Source: Gnetum montanum (taxonomy: Eukaryota > Plantae > Gnetophyta). Taken from it: DNA of 64,000 nucleotides. Where the stretch lies: the NCBI GenBank assembly GCA_015680685.1, contig MNCI01001992.1:18751-82750 (forward strand), written 5' to 3'. Below, piece by piece: positions 49,401 through 61,788 of this stretch (position 1 is its first letter; every line of letters starts with the position of its first letter). The translations under genes and the position numbers were made by a program. The notes beneath the pieces are model-generated. The model worked only from the letters and a program-made list of their open reading frames with translations. It had not been told where the DNA came from and searched no databases.

Positions 49401-52117
49401 AGGGTGAGAGAGGGTTATCCTAGTGTAATCCCCTAGTAGGGGATGGAAACCCCTAGAGTCAACCACATAGATCAAAAGAATAGGTGTTAGTCTTCTAGAT
49501 ATTAATGCAGAGGTGCACAAAATGTTGGTGAATCCCTTTCTTAAGCATGACCTCCCCGAGTGTTTGCCATTGAATAGTATCATAAGCATTTGCAATAACT
49601 AACTTAATGCACATACTAGGGAATGTAAATTGTTGGATGGAATGAACCACTTCTTGTAGCAGGAGAATATGGTCTTGAATGAACCTCCCCTTAACGAAAT
49701 TAGCTTGGTGGGAGCCAATCAAGGTTGACATCAGTGATTGAAGATGACACACCAAATTTTTGTGAACACTTTGAGTAATGTGTTGCACACCTCAATTGGT
49801 CTATAATGAGTAGGGAGAGTGGAGTTGCGAATCTTTGGCAATAAGACAATTCTAGAGCAATTAATCTCCTTTCAAACTTGTTCCCACCTAAGCATGAGAT
49901 TGAAAGTATCTAGCATGTTTTGCTCCAAAACGTCAAAGAATTCCCAAAAGAATTTGATGGACCACTCATCTGGGCCAGGGCTCTAGCAGCCTTAAGTGAA
50001 GCCATAGCACATGAGACTTCCACCATGGAGATGGGGGTGATGAGGGAGATATTGTTGGCTTTGCTGATAACCTTTTGGATTGGAATAGCAAGAAGGGAGG
50101 AATCTCCCTTAATAGATTGTGTTCTAGAAAATTTGTATTTCTTGTGCAATGTCCTATGGTTTATGTAGGCGGGTCGACCCTTTGAAAATGCTATTAATTC
50201 ATTTGCCGTGACAATTAGCCTTGGCCATTGCAAAGAAGAAATGAGTATTTTGATCCCCCTCTTTGAGCCAACACACCTTGGACCTTTCCTTCTAGTATTG
50301 GTCCTCCTCCACATCCAAACTTTGAAGTTCCATGAGCAGGTTATGCTCCTCTTCATCCAAAAGTTCCCCATTTTCCTACTTGGACTAGATGGAAGCCAAA
50401 TGGTGTTGAATTCTACTCCTGGTACCTTGGAAAGAGTACTTCTAGGTCACCTGTAAGGTCTGAATTCATTTCTTTAGGCAATTGAGGCCTTGTTTGAGGA
50501 AGTACCTTGGGTTAGTATTGGTAGTAGGATAGAAAGCCCAAGTATCTTCAACCAATTGACACAACCAACTTTTGGACAGCCATGCTCATTCAAACCAAAA
50601 AGGAGCCAGTGGGTTTTTTTGGGGGGATGGGGGTGGGGTTGGGGGTGTCCAAGGGGGGATAATCAAACAAATTAGCGCTTGGTGATTCAAGGCTTACCGT
50701 TCCCAGCATTGAACCAGAACCTCATATCTAGTGAGTAGTTTGGCATGAACCAAGGCTTTGTCAATGTAGGACATAAGGCCATTGTGGCTACTCCTCCTAT
50801 TGCTCCAAGTGAATTGGCATCCCCTAATGTCAAGATCCACTAGATTATGCCTATGCAAGAATTGCAAAAATCCAACTAAGGTTGTTGGGGAGCTAGTAGG
50901 TTGATCCTCTAAAATCAGAGTTTCAGCAAAGCTTGTGGGGGATGTGGTTTCTACCCTATCATCAGCCAAGGCATTGACATGCAACTCGTGGTTAGTAGAG
51001 GGGGCATAGGGCATTGAGGAGCCATTCCCGGCTTTAGCTCCCATATTCAATTTCTCATTAGAACCTTGGGAAGATGTATTTTCTGGCCTTGTTGGAGGGG
51101 GAGGCAATGGTGACACCTTCTCCTTTTTCCCCACCAGTAGCCACCCACCCTCATCCATGTTTCTTTTCGGCCCTTTTAGTCCCTTCGTGGGAGCTTTAGG
51201 GTGCACTCTACACTCATGAGTATAGTGGTTTGTCTTTCATAGGTTGCGTAGGCCATTTGACGCCCACGGGCTTCATGTCTTGGTGTAGGCTCCATTTGCA
51301 GAACATTATCATATTCCACATTTAAGTGTTCCTCTCCTGAAGGCAAGTTGCATATAACTTCCTTTAGGAGTTTTTTAGGGGATAATGATCCCTACATGCA
51401 GAAGTGGGCATAGCCCATGTGTTCCTTCATTTCAGTGAATTTATCAGAGGAGATAAATTCCCCAAATTGTTAAGCCAAAGTTCTTAGGAAACCTTCTGTC
51501 CAAAGCTCCCATGACACCTTGGAGACTTGCACCCGAACAAGAGTGCAGGAGAACAGCTTGGTTTCCTTATGAGCTCCTGGTCGCCAATACATGAGCACCA
51601 AGCCTTGCACACCCAAAAAACTAGGGCCCCCCCAAAAGGACCCTATCTCTGTCTACAAGCGATTGAAATACAAACAAAAGAAGGTTCCTTGCTAGTGACC
51701 TCACTTGGATTTGGTCAAGGGCCCAAGTAGCAATTGCCCATTTGCTAACAAGGTCAAGCAGAGGCTTGGACCTTGAGGAAACAAAATGGTTAATGAGGCT
51801 AAGCTTCATCATGTGTAGACCCTCCTGGGGAGGGCCCTTGACCGACAACCTCATGGTAGCCCCTTCCCAAACAATGGCATTAATGTCCCCAATGCTTGGC
51901 TGCCAAGCCCCAACCCCCCCATCATTGGGTTGTTGGTCTGTCCCTCGTCTATTGCTACCAGTACCGCTCTCGCCAAAGATGCATGTTGCATCCCCACCTG
52001 CTTTCTCATTAAGGTCCTTTGTGGCCCCTCCACCTTTGTGCCCATTGTTCTCGCTCCCTTTCCACTCCTCTTCCCCCTTGTGCCTGCCACTGCTACTCTT
52101 GCTCATTGCTCTTCTTG
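46415..52117 (-). mobile_element. LINE copy F: near full length; ORF1, partly deleted APE, RT, zf-RVT, PMD-like, coiled coil, J-like
   Basis: DUF4283 (DRDRVLLGGP), FTWSNRR, RT motifs, CPLCHPCTESTAHLFLHC, then LGMPASSEVILP and YI*SVATRFHPNK...KEEEFIQFQ*VATF. TSD CTTTTTGGC(T/A)TGTTTT at 46403-46418 and 52118-52133. Confidence 0.88.
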
Positions 52118-53479
52118 CTTTTTGGCATGTTTTAAGTCCCTTTTACTTTATAAACTAAGAGGGTTTCTAATATATTTTTGGCTTTTAATCTATTTTCCAT
52201 GTTTACTATAATTTATCTAGCAAAAATTATTAATACTAAACTTTTTGTACAACCAACATTTTACACATGTCGAGCCAGTCATAACGAGCATAAACACATC
52301 GTAGCTACCATGTTAGAATTAACATTTTAATCAAATTAAAGAAAATAGGAGCCACAATGTATTTTTTAATCGTCTAACATTAAAATCTCAAAATTTATGT
52401 CTTGAATTGAGACACTAATTATAGATCTATTCTCTATATGTAAAATTGAGTTGGTCCACCAACTTTGAGCGTGATTTGGCAACATTGAATTTTGGATGTA
52501 TTTTAGTTAATTAATTATTTAATAAATTAAAAATTGTAACTAAACACCAAAATACACCATGGATCCACATTATATTAATTTCATACTATTATTCTAAATT
52601 GATGTGTTAGAGTTGTCCATCCTTGTTATATATAAAGCTTAAAATAATAAATAATTAGAAAGAAATTAGAAATAAATAGTAAACTTGTGTATGTCACCGA
52701 ATCAAACGTCTTCATATTAACATTGAAGCGTTAGACACATCTACAAAAATTTATAAGCTTTAAAACAAGTTCAAGCCTTCAAGCCTATGTATTTAAAAGA
52801 GTATTAATGTCACATGTAGTTGTAGTTAGGTTGCAGTAGCTAACAAAACCTCACAAGCTATACCTACATGGCAGCTGATCAAAATTTGAATGCCATGAAT
52901 CGTGGTTGCATCCTGCCAAAAAATTTCAAATAGTATGAGTTGTGGTCTAGTTGGATTTGACTCATGACACTAAGTAAATTTTAAAGACTCCCCGTGGTCC
53001 TCATCGTGATTCGTGGTCAAGTTGTCATATGCAGAAAAATCAATCAAAGACTGAATTCTGAAAAATTGAAGTTTCCACTGAATCACAAGATCCACTGCTG
53101 AACCTACATTTACTTTTTCTGGGGCTGATTTACTGTAACATTTTACTTGTCCTATGTTAACCTCATCCCTTCCCTTTTCCGTTCCTTTAAAATAAATAAA
53201 TAAATAAATGTCCATTGCCTTGCAAATTCTATCTTGAGCTCTAAACCTCATTTATACTATCATGAATTAAGCATCACAAGAGAAAATAGATTATTAATAT
53301 TTTCAGCCCTAATTTTTCTTCTCATACTCAGTCCCTCTTAAGTGCTAGCTTTAAGTTGTCAACCCCAACTTGCTCTTTGAATCCTTGAAGGTGCTCTACC
53401 CATCACTTAGATTTGATTTTATTTAGCAAATTTGGAAGTAATGGTATAAATGTTTCAGTTTTCTCATAAGGGCAGAAAG

Positions 53480-53965
53480 TTGGTTCTTATTCCTCCTCGT
53501 CATCATCCTAACCTTGTCCCAACAAAATGGGATTGGCTACCTGAATTCTCTTTTGTCATTCACATCTATGAAGAGCTAGATCCTTATCTAGTTGTAATTT
53601 CTTCATATTCTTCAATCATTTTTCCCCATGTGTTTTTTTAAAATTTTCTTTTTAGTAGTTTGTTGGAACTGTGATGGAGCAAACTTTTTTGATAGACTCA
53701 AAATCTGATCTTCTTTGGACATGACCAAAGCATCCAAGATGTCATTTTTGTAACTTATCTAAAATAGGATGCATTCCAAGCCTCTCTCTAATGTCTATAT
53801 TATGCAATTTATCTCTTGTGACTTTCAACATCCATTTAAGCATTCTTATTTGTGCCATACTGATTTGTTGTTCATGCCTCTTTTCTTACAGCCAATATTC
53901 AGCATCATATAAAATAGTAGGCTTGATTATTGACTTGTAAAAATTTCCCTTCAGGGGATAACAAT
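53480..53965 (-). mobile_element. RTE-clade LINE 3' end
   Basis: Reverse-complement homologue of 29100-29586 (LKGKFYKS...LYDAEYW); ends TTGGGACAAGG followed by GAT/GAG repeats. Confidence 0.8.
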
Positions 53966-54007
53966 AGCAATAAATTGGTGTGATTCCTTCAGTCTCTTCT
54001 TGTTTAG

Positions 54008-54205
54008 CTTTTTCTTTAGTCATGCATCCTAAGGTTTCAACCACCATGATAAAAAGAAAAGGTAATATAAAATCTTGTCATTTTAGACTATTGCTACTAT
54101 AAAATCTTTTTCTTTAGTCATGCATCCTAAGGTTTCAACCACCATGATAAAAAGAAAAGGTAATATAAAATCTTGTTATTTTAGACTATTGCTACTATAA
54201 AATCT
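54008..54205. repeat. Near-perfect tandem duplication, 98 bp x 2
   Basis: CTTTTTCTTTAGTCATGCATCCTAAGG... at 54008 and 54106; one mismatch seen. Confidence 0.9.
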
Positions 54206-54359
54206 TTCGTGTGCTTCCTTATTAAATCCAGACTGAAACTGAAGCAATAGCCTAACACTTTTTTAAGTATTATACATAATGATAAAAAATTCAAATTTAT
54301 GTAATGTGGCATTAACAAATCTTCATATAACACAAACATAAGTTTTGCTTAAATCAAGT

Positions 54360-57300
54360 GTTTTTTTTTGGAAAATGATTGAGTGATTTTATTCCAAAAA
54401 AATAATGTACAAACGTACACAAAAGATCATCAACCGAAGTTGATACACCCCATCCACATGACCCAATGGTCACCTGCAACGTACCGTATGAACACCTACA
54501 TGCTTGCACAACACAACCCTCTCACCCTGCCCGATGACCCTCACCCCAAATATGCAACCCTTGTCCCCAAGAGCAAGGTACATACATGACACATACCCCT
54601 TGGAATGCCTAGGACCACAANGCTATGGCTGAAAGTCAGGGATCTAGGTCGTAGTTCGTCAAGACCACTGGACGTAGTAGTTCAAGGATAGATGCGAATA
54701 GGTAGTGCTGTGGTCCTAGGCATTCCAAGGGGTATGTGTCATGTATGTACCTTGCTCTTGGGGACAAGGGTTGCATATTTGGGGTGAGGGTCATCGGGCA
54801 GGGTGAGAGGGTTGTGTTGTGCANGCCTATGCCTTGGTAGACTACCCTTGGCACCACCTTCTTTGGTACACGATCGTTGGTGCCAGGTGAACGATTGTAC
54901 ACCCTCGCACCATAGCGCGAGGATCACTCCAGGGTGTTGTCCCAATTGTCTCCTATGAAGAGATTCCTAGAAAAAATGGGGCAAATTTATTGGGGAGCTT
55001 TGCCGAAGGTGCTTGAGAAAAGTGAAATGGACCCCCACCAGTTTGTGGGGGTACCCAGATTGCACAAAATACCTATCCACCAAGAGCGCTGCATCTCTCC
55101 AGACCCCTTGTAATTTGGACTTCCAGATGTGCTCGCTAGCAGTCTTGGGAATGTGTCTTGTGAAGAACTCCTGCGCATCATCTTGAGCCCTCGCAATTGG
55201 TGCCACAATTTCCCCTGCGTCCTTCATCCCTAGTGCAATTGCCAACAATTGCACTGTAATTTCAATTTTCTTGCCCTTGTATTGTGTAGTGTCTCCCACC
55301 CAGTTGTCGTAGAATTGTTGAGTAGGCAGGTTTGGCTCTCCCTCCCTGCGCTTGAGCATCTCCACCCACTCCATCTATTCAACCAACGCCCATAATTCGG
55401 GCAATCTAGCAAATTTTGTCCATGATGGTTCAAAAAGTAGGCGTTGCTCCATGGCCTCCGTGGCCTCCCTCCATAGCCCACATGCCTCTCTAACCACTAC
55501 CATGGCTGTAGGAAGTGGCTGTCCCCGAAAGATCAGAGAATTCCTATGTTTTCACAGGACCCATAGCATAGCCAGGTGCAAGGAGTCTCTGTGGAAACCT
55601 ATGGTGGGGGATATATGTGCAGCCAGCCACACCGCCTAAGAAAACCAACACCCAAAAATGAGATGATGCAACATTTCAGGCACCTCCTGGCAACATGGAC
55701 AGCTGGCATCCATCTTAATCCCCCTCTCTCAATGTGGCCCTCACTGGCAGAGCCCTATGTTTCAGCAACCATTTGAACGCCTTGATCTTTTTCGAGAGAT
55801 GGCCCTTCTAGATTGCAACCCATCCCTCTTCCTGCGGGTATCAGAATTTGACCAGTTCCTTTGGATGCTGCCCCAACAATTCGAGTTGCTCCACCACAAC
55901 AGCATGGCGGCAAAAATTCTTCCAGAGTTGTGAGCACTCTAGATGAACCTCCCATTGCTGATATTTCTGCCACAACATCTACACCCATGACGTTGCCCCC
56001 TCACTTTGCCCCATGTACTTGTTCATCAAACGTTGTGTGCCCAATGCCATCTCGTCTCCAAGTCCCAAAATACCAATGCCCCCTGCCAGTTTGGGCTACA
56101 CTGTAACCATCCACGACACTAGGTGCATTTTCCTGCCCCCTTTACCTCCTGACCACACAAACTCCCTTACAATGCTATCAATCTTTTGCACCACTGTGGC
56201 CAGAGGTGTTGCCATGGATGTTGTAAATTGGGCAATTGCCATTAGGACCGTCATAGGCAACACCATCTTCCCTTTCCTGGACAAAAAATGACTAGTCCAA
56301 AGCATAGTCCGTTGTTGCACCTGCTCTATTAGTCCCTACCATGTCCTCTGCCTATGCCAATCAAAAATAGGCATTCCCAAATATGTGTCATGTGCTTGGC
56401 CAAATAGAATGCCCAACGCCTATATAATTTTGGCCTGCACCCTTCCCCTCCGTGTGGGTGCAATAAATGGCTGATTTTCCTTTATTGACTTCTAGGCCTA
56501 CCTCCTACTACATCCTCTCCATTGCCTGTAACAAGGCCTCAGCTTGCGGCATCATAGCCCTGGAAAACACTGTTGTATCATTTGAATAATGGGCTACTAC
56601 ATTGTGCACTCTAGCAACTTGTAGTCCTTGAACATCTTCATCAAGGCAATAGCCTTTAAACAAGTCCATGACCATGATAAAGAAGAGCGGTGACAACAGA
56701 TCTCCCTATCTTAGTCCACATCTTGTTTCAACAAACCCACAGAGCCTCCCATTAATGTCAAGGGAATACTTGCCACTTTGTTGCATTTGAATGTAGAGAT
56801 TGAAAAACGTTGCATCAAACCCCTTTTCTATCATCACCATCCTAGGTGCCGTCTAGCTCACAGTGTCATAGGCCTTGGTTATGTCTAGTTTGATGCACAT
56901 GCCTAGAAATCTAGCCATCTTAATTGAGTGTAAGATCTCTTTCTAGAGTAACACCTGGTCTTGCAGGTATTGGCCCTTAATGAACCTTGTCTAATTCTCC
57001 CCAACCAGCTTCCCCATCAACGACGCAAGTTGCCCAACCAGTAGTTTGGAGAAAACACGCAACAACGTCTTGCAGACCTCGATAGGTTGAAAATGTCTTG
57101 GTGTTGTTAGGTTTGGGACCTTGGGTAGTAGCACCATCCTTGAACAATTTATCTTTCCTAACCTATTGCCAACTGAGAATACTATTGTATGTATCCAACA
57201 AATTAGGCTCCATGAGATCCTCATACTCCCTAAAGAATTCAATTGGCCATCCATCCAGTCCCAGAGCTTTGTTGGACTGCATGGATTTCAAAGCCCGCCT

Positions 57301-59999
57301 TAGCTCCTCCCGTGAGAAGGGATGCCGCAAATTGGAGTTGTCAGCACTTGTGATTGGCAAGGAGATCGGTTCTGTGGCCTACCATCTCCATATGTCTCCC
57401 CAATAGTTCTGCAATGCATCCAGCCCCCTCTTGCTACTTTGTGGGCCTCCCCCATTGATACCCTCTAGCAAATGCTAGATTTTGTTCTTGTGGGCCCTAT
57501 TTTGCTTGGCTGTGTCAAAGAAGAACCGTGTATGCTTGTCCCCTTTCCGCAGCCAAGTCACCCTTGACCATTGTTGCCAGTAGCTCTCTTCCTCCCTATC
57601 CATCTCCTAGAGTTCTCTAAGTAGCTCTTGTTCTTCAACGTCCCCGGCTGCCCCCATTTCCTGCAACCGTTGGATCTCCCGCAATTCCATCTGCACCTGC
57701 TGTCTGTATCCTTGGAAGCTGTACTTATCCAATGCTCTGGCCTTGACACTATTTTTTAGCACCCGCAAACCATCCCCTAGGAATTGTTGAGGCTCCTGTG
57801 CCCCAGTGTAATTGTCCCAAATTGCCACCACCATTGGTTTCAGCCAGGCTTTGTGTAGCCAAGCCCGCTCAAACTTGAATGGCCTGGGCTCCTGCCTCTC
57901 CCCCAATCGGAGCTGGCATAAAATGGACTAGTGGTCTGAAGCTTGTCTCTCCTTTCCCTCCGTCATGATGTCGTATTCTAGCATGAGGCGCTCACTCACC
58001 CATACTCGATTGATCCTAGACTGGACACGATCAGTGCCCCTCCGGCAATTACTCTAGGTGAATTTACACCCCATGATCTCCAGGTCAACTAGCTCATACT
58101 AACGGAGAAACTTGATGCATGCCTCAGCCCTCAGAGGATTAGCGTAGTCATGTCTAGGTTTTTCCCAGTAATAGAGCTGCTGGTTGAAATCTCCCAGCAA
58201 CATCCATCTGGCAAGATTAGGACCTGTTTGAGCTCTTGCATCTAGATCTCCTAGCTTTGCGCCCCATAAAAATTTGTTATCCAGAGATTCGCTTGTGGCA
58301 TGTGGACAGTTTGACTCCAATCAGAATCATCAACAAAATTGATTGGTATTTTGGCCAGAATGGCTAGACCTCTTGTGCGTCCCCTGCTGGGCACCATTTG
58401 GGTTGTCCATCCCTCCCAGATTAGCAACTTCCTTTTGGTCCTTTGCACCTTGGTTTCCTGTAAACAAACTACCTCACAACCTGCCTCCCTAACCATTGTT
58501 CATAGGGTATTTCTTTTGTATGGGGTACCCTGGCCTTGATAGTTCCAGGTGAGGACCTTTATGGAGATGTAGACACATGTCTGTGATACACTTCCCATAG
58601 CATTTGCGGCCCCCCCAAATCTAGATCTCGTAGTGTGAATTTCTTATACGCTGTGGTTTTACTGGGTTGCCCAATCTTGCTATTTAACCTGAGAACCACT
58701 GCGCCAAGCTGTCCCTCCGCTTGCCTAGGTTGGATGTCCTGCATTTTTGGCTTTGCAGAGCCCTGGCCAACTGTAATCCACTCTCCCAATCGGGGTAATT
58801 CAAGTGCTAAATCCTGCTACACAATAGTCCTGGGAACCAATGGGGTGCGGAGAGAGCTAGGAACCTCCTCCATCTCCTCACGTGCAGATGCCCCCTCAAT
58901 TGTGCCACTGGCTGGCAGCGGCTTTGTAACATCCTCCACTAGTGGCATTATATTTTCCTTTGTCTGCCTTTGCCCATCTCCCCTCCCCATTGCGGTTTGA
59001 CCTTGCGGTCATTTGGCCTGGGGTCTTCCGTCTATCGTGGTACTCGACCCCTGCTTCCATATTTGGTCCTTCTTGCCCATGAGATTCCAGCCCTTAGTGG
59101 CCTCTGTTGATCCTCTGCAGCGCTCTAATTTTGCATGCCATGTGCCACAGGTTTTGCACCTTTGGTGCCCCTCCCTACGCTTTGGCAAGTTTTCAAATTT
59201 TATGTGGATCTTCTCTTCTTCGCCAATGGTGTCTAGCACTACCTCTTTAACTAGATCCGGACAACCTCTTTAACTAGATCCTTTGTCCTTAGCAACCTCC
59301 ACATGTAGAAATGGGCGTAGTCCATTCACTTCATGGACTTTGTGAATGCATCAAATTTTATAAATTCCCTGAACAGCCCCGCTAGAGACTTCAGGAACCC
59401 TAGTTCCCAGTACTCCAGCGCCAGATCAAACAACCGGATCTAGACTAGCGTTTGATCAAACAGACCAGTATCTCAATGTGCTCTAGGTCTCTAGGGGGCT
59501 AGGGCCAGTCCACGGGTGTCGTAAAACCATGGACCCCCTAGCAGCACCTTGTCCCGATCTTCCACCGTTGAGAATGTGAACAGCAGCCGATCATTTGCTA
59601 GCCCCCGAACATAGATGTCCTCCAACCCCCACGTCACTTTGACCCATTTTTGGATCAGATCTAGATGCAGCTAGACTCCCTTTGATATGAACTTGCCTAG
59701 TAAGCTCCGCTCCAGTTTCTGTACCGCCTCCTTTGGCAGACGCCCAACTCGAACCTGCATGACCGCTCCATCCTGCGCATAGGTATCAAGACCAGCACCA
59801 TTCGCCTGACCTTCTATGGCCCCACCCTTACTACCTCCTGCAACAACCGATCCTTTGGCCCCTCCTGCCACCGCTCCCATCACCGTCGCACCCGCTCTTG
59901 GTGCCACTGCTGCTGCCGCTCCTGTTGCTGCTGTTGCTATTGCTGCCGCTCCTGTTTCGGTTGCCGTTCCCAGGCCTTTGGTCTTCCTAATTTTTTGTC
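54360..59999 (-). mobile_element. LINE copy G: near full length; ORF1, APE, RT, zf-RVT, PMD-like domain; 3' part mis-assembled
   Basis: Identical 15-bp TSD TTGCTTAAATCAAGT at 54345-54359 and 60000-60014; poly(A); KVLTWN, VVCLQETK, LLGDFN, IKLDITKAYD, CPCC zf-RVT; ORF 54967-55374. Confidence 0.92.
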
Positions 60000-60683
60000 T
60001 TGCTTAAATCAAGTTAAAGCCCAAGTAGACCCCTATTTTGTTTTGGAGTTGAATGAGAAATTTTATGAACAAGAATCTAGTCTAAAATTTTATGAACAAG
60101 AATCTAGTCTAAAATTTTTTGAATGACACAGCTATGAATATTGGTTGTTAAACATGATTGTTTACTTGCTTTTTATAAAATAAATTTGACATAAATTATG
60201 ATTACAAAAGCCATATGGGCCCCAGGTTAAACAGTGCCACCTATCCTCGCCATCACTAAGTTTGTGATATGATGAATTGGTTTTGTGTGCGTTGTTGATA
60301 GCATGTAGCATTCTAAGAGCACATTTCAATAAATTCTTCATGATGTAGTCATCCGCTTACGATGATTGGATGAGTTGCATCATTTATTTTACTGTTGCCA
60401 AGCTTGCAGAAACTTTGTCAAGTATTCAGTAGTTCCAAGTTGGAGAGGGCAAAACAAATGGATAACCTATGAACACGGGGATCTACTTTTGCTAGTTAAC
60501 TTGCATTTTTAAGAGGGAACTTGCACTTCACAGGCCTTGCCAGTCTACTTTATGCTGTTAGCATCTTTCATTTACGAAACTCAAATTAAAATTCATAGAT
60601 TGTCAACACTATTTGATCTCATATAAATGAAAAAAATGAATAAAAGTAATTCCTGCGACAACCCAATGATAAGTACTTTCTTT

Positions 60684-61255
60684 AGATGTAGGCTTGGTGC
60701 ATCCACTTGCCACTCTATTGTATTGTGACATAGTTGCAATTGATTGATTTTATATTAGATAATATCCCAGAATATCAAGCATATTGCCCAATCTAATGTG
60801 ATGGCTTTTATGCCCATTTAACCCATTAACAATAATTAATGAAAAATATAGTGGTCGAATGAATATTAAGAACCATCCGTGAGACAAATGGAAAGGTAAA
60901 AGAGTGAACGTGTGTCACACATGATATGAAAGAAGTGTGTACACGGAACCAATGCATGATCCACAGGAGAAATGTCCAAGAGCAGGAGCAAACATTCTTG
61001 ATGAAGAATACAAGTGAAACAAGTTGATATGACTACAATATTGATGTGTATGCGCGTTGGAAACATCAATCCGTGTGAAAACTGGATGATGGAAGAGCAA
61101 TCCATGAAGAAGAACGGATAGAGCAAGGTCAGTCCATGTGAGAGAACGGATGGTGAAAGAAATTTGCGAAAAGGACAAGATATGAAGAAGGAGACATTGG
61201 GTCTCGATGCCAGATGAAACAGATAGATGAATTGTGATATGATCAACCTGTTTCA
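60684..61255. repeat. Candidate solo LTR (572 bp)
   Basis: Flanked by TCTTT on both sides, ends in CA, begins AG (TG expected); internal degenerate TCCGTG/ACGGAT repeats. Confidence 0.35.
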
Positions 61256-61788
61256 TCTTTCATTGATTAATCATAGCATCAATATATGTGTGTCTGTGTG
61301 TATATAGTCAAACATACATCTTTGATAGAAATGGTCCTCTTTTCTTATGTATATAGAGGATTACACAACACCTATTGCATTACAGTACAAACACAATTTG
61401 TTACCATGTTGCGATTGATGAAAACAATTTTGTTACCATGGTAAACAATTTATTACCATGTTGCGATTGAAGAAATACATTAAAACAATTTAATCCAAAA
61501 TTTATAAATAGATGTGTGAACTTTTAGGTAGAAATTTCTACTATATTTTGGTAGGATATGGTACAATTATTATTGTTGCATGTAGGGTTTTCAATCAACC
61601 TGTCACAATGTCAAGTTTCTCTTATCGAACTAAATCAGTTACCAGTGATCTTTCACAAGTTGTTTTAGTGCATGTCTAGGTTCCAAGGCTACAAAATTAT
61701 ATAGGAAAAAGAAATTGGTGAATTTTAGAGTTTGATTAGAGATGATCGTACATTATTGAATGATTGACATTGTCATTTTGCGTTGCAG

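Noticed and set aside
54505-54823. Perfect 115-bp inverted repeat (hairpin or miRNA precursor)
   Set aside because: The second arm lies in a block bounded by single Ns at 54621 and 54824; best explained as a mis-oriented contig overlap.
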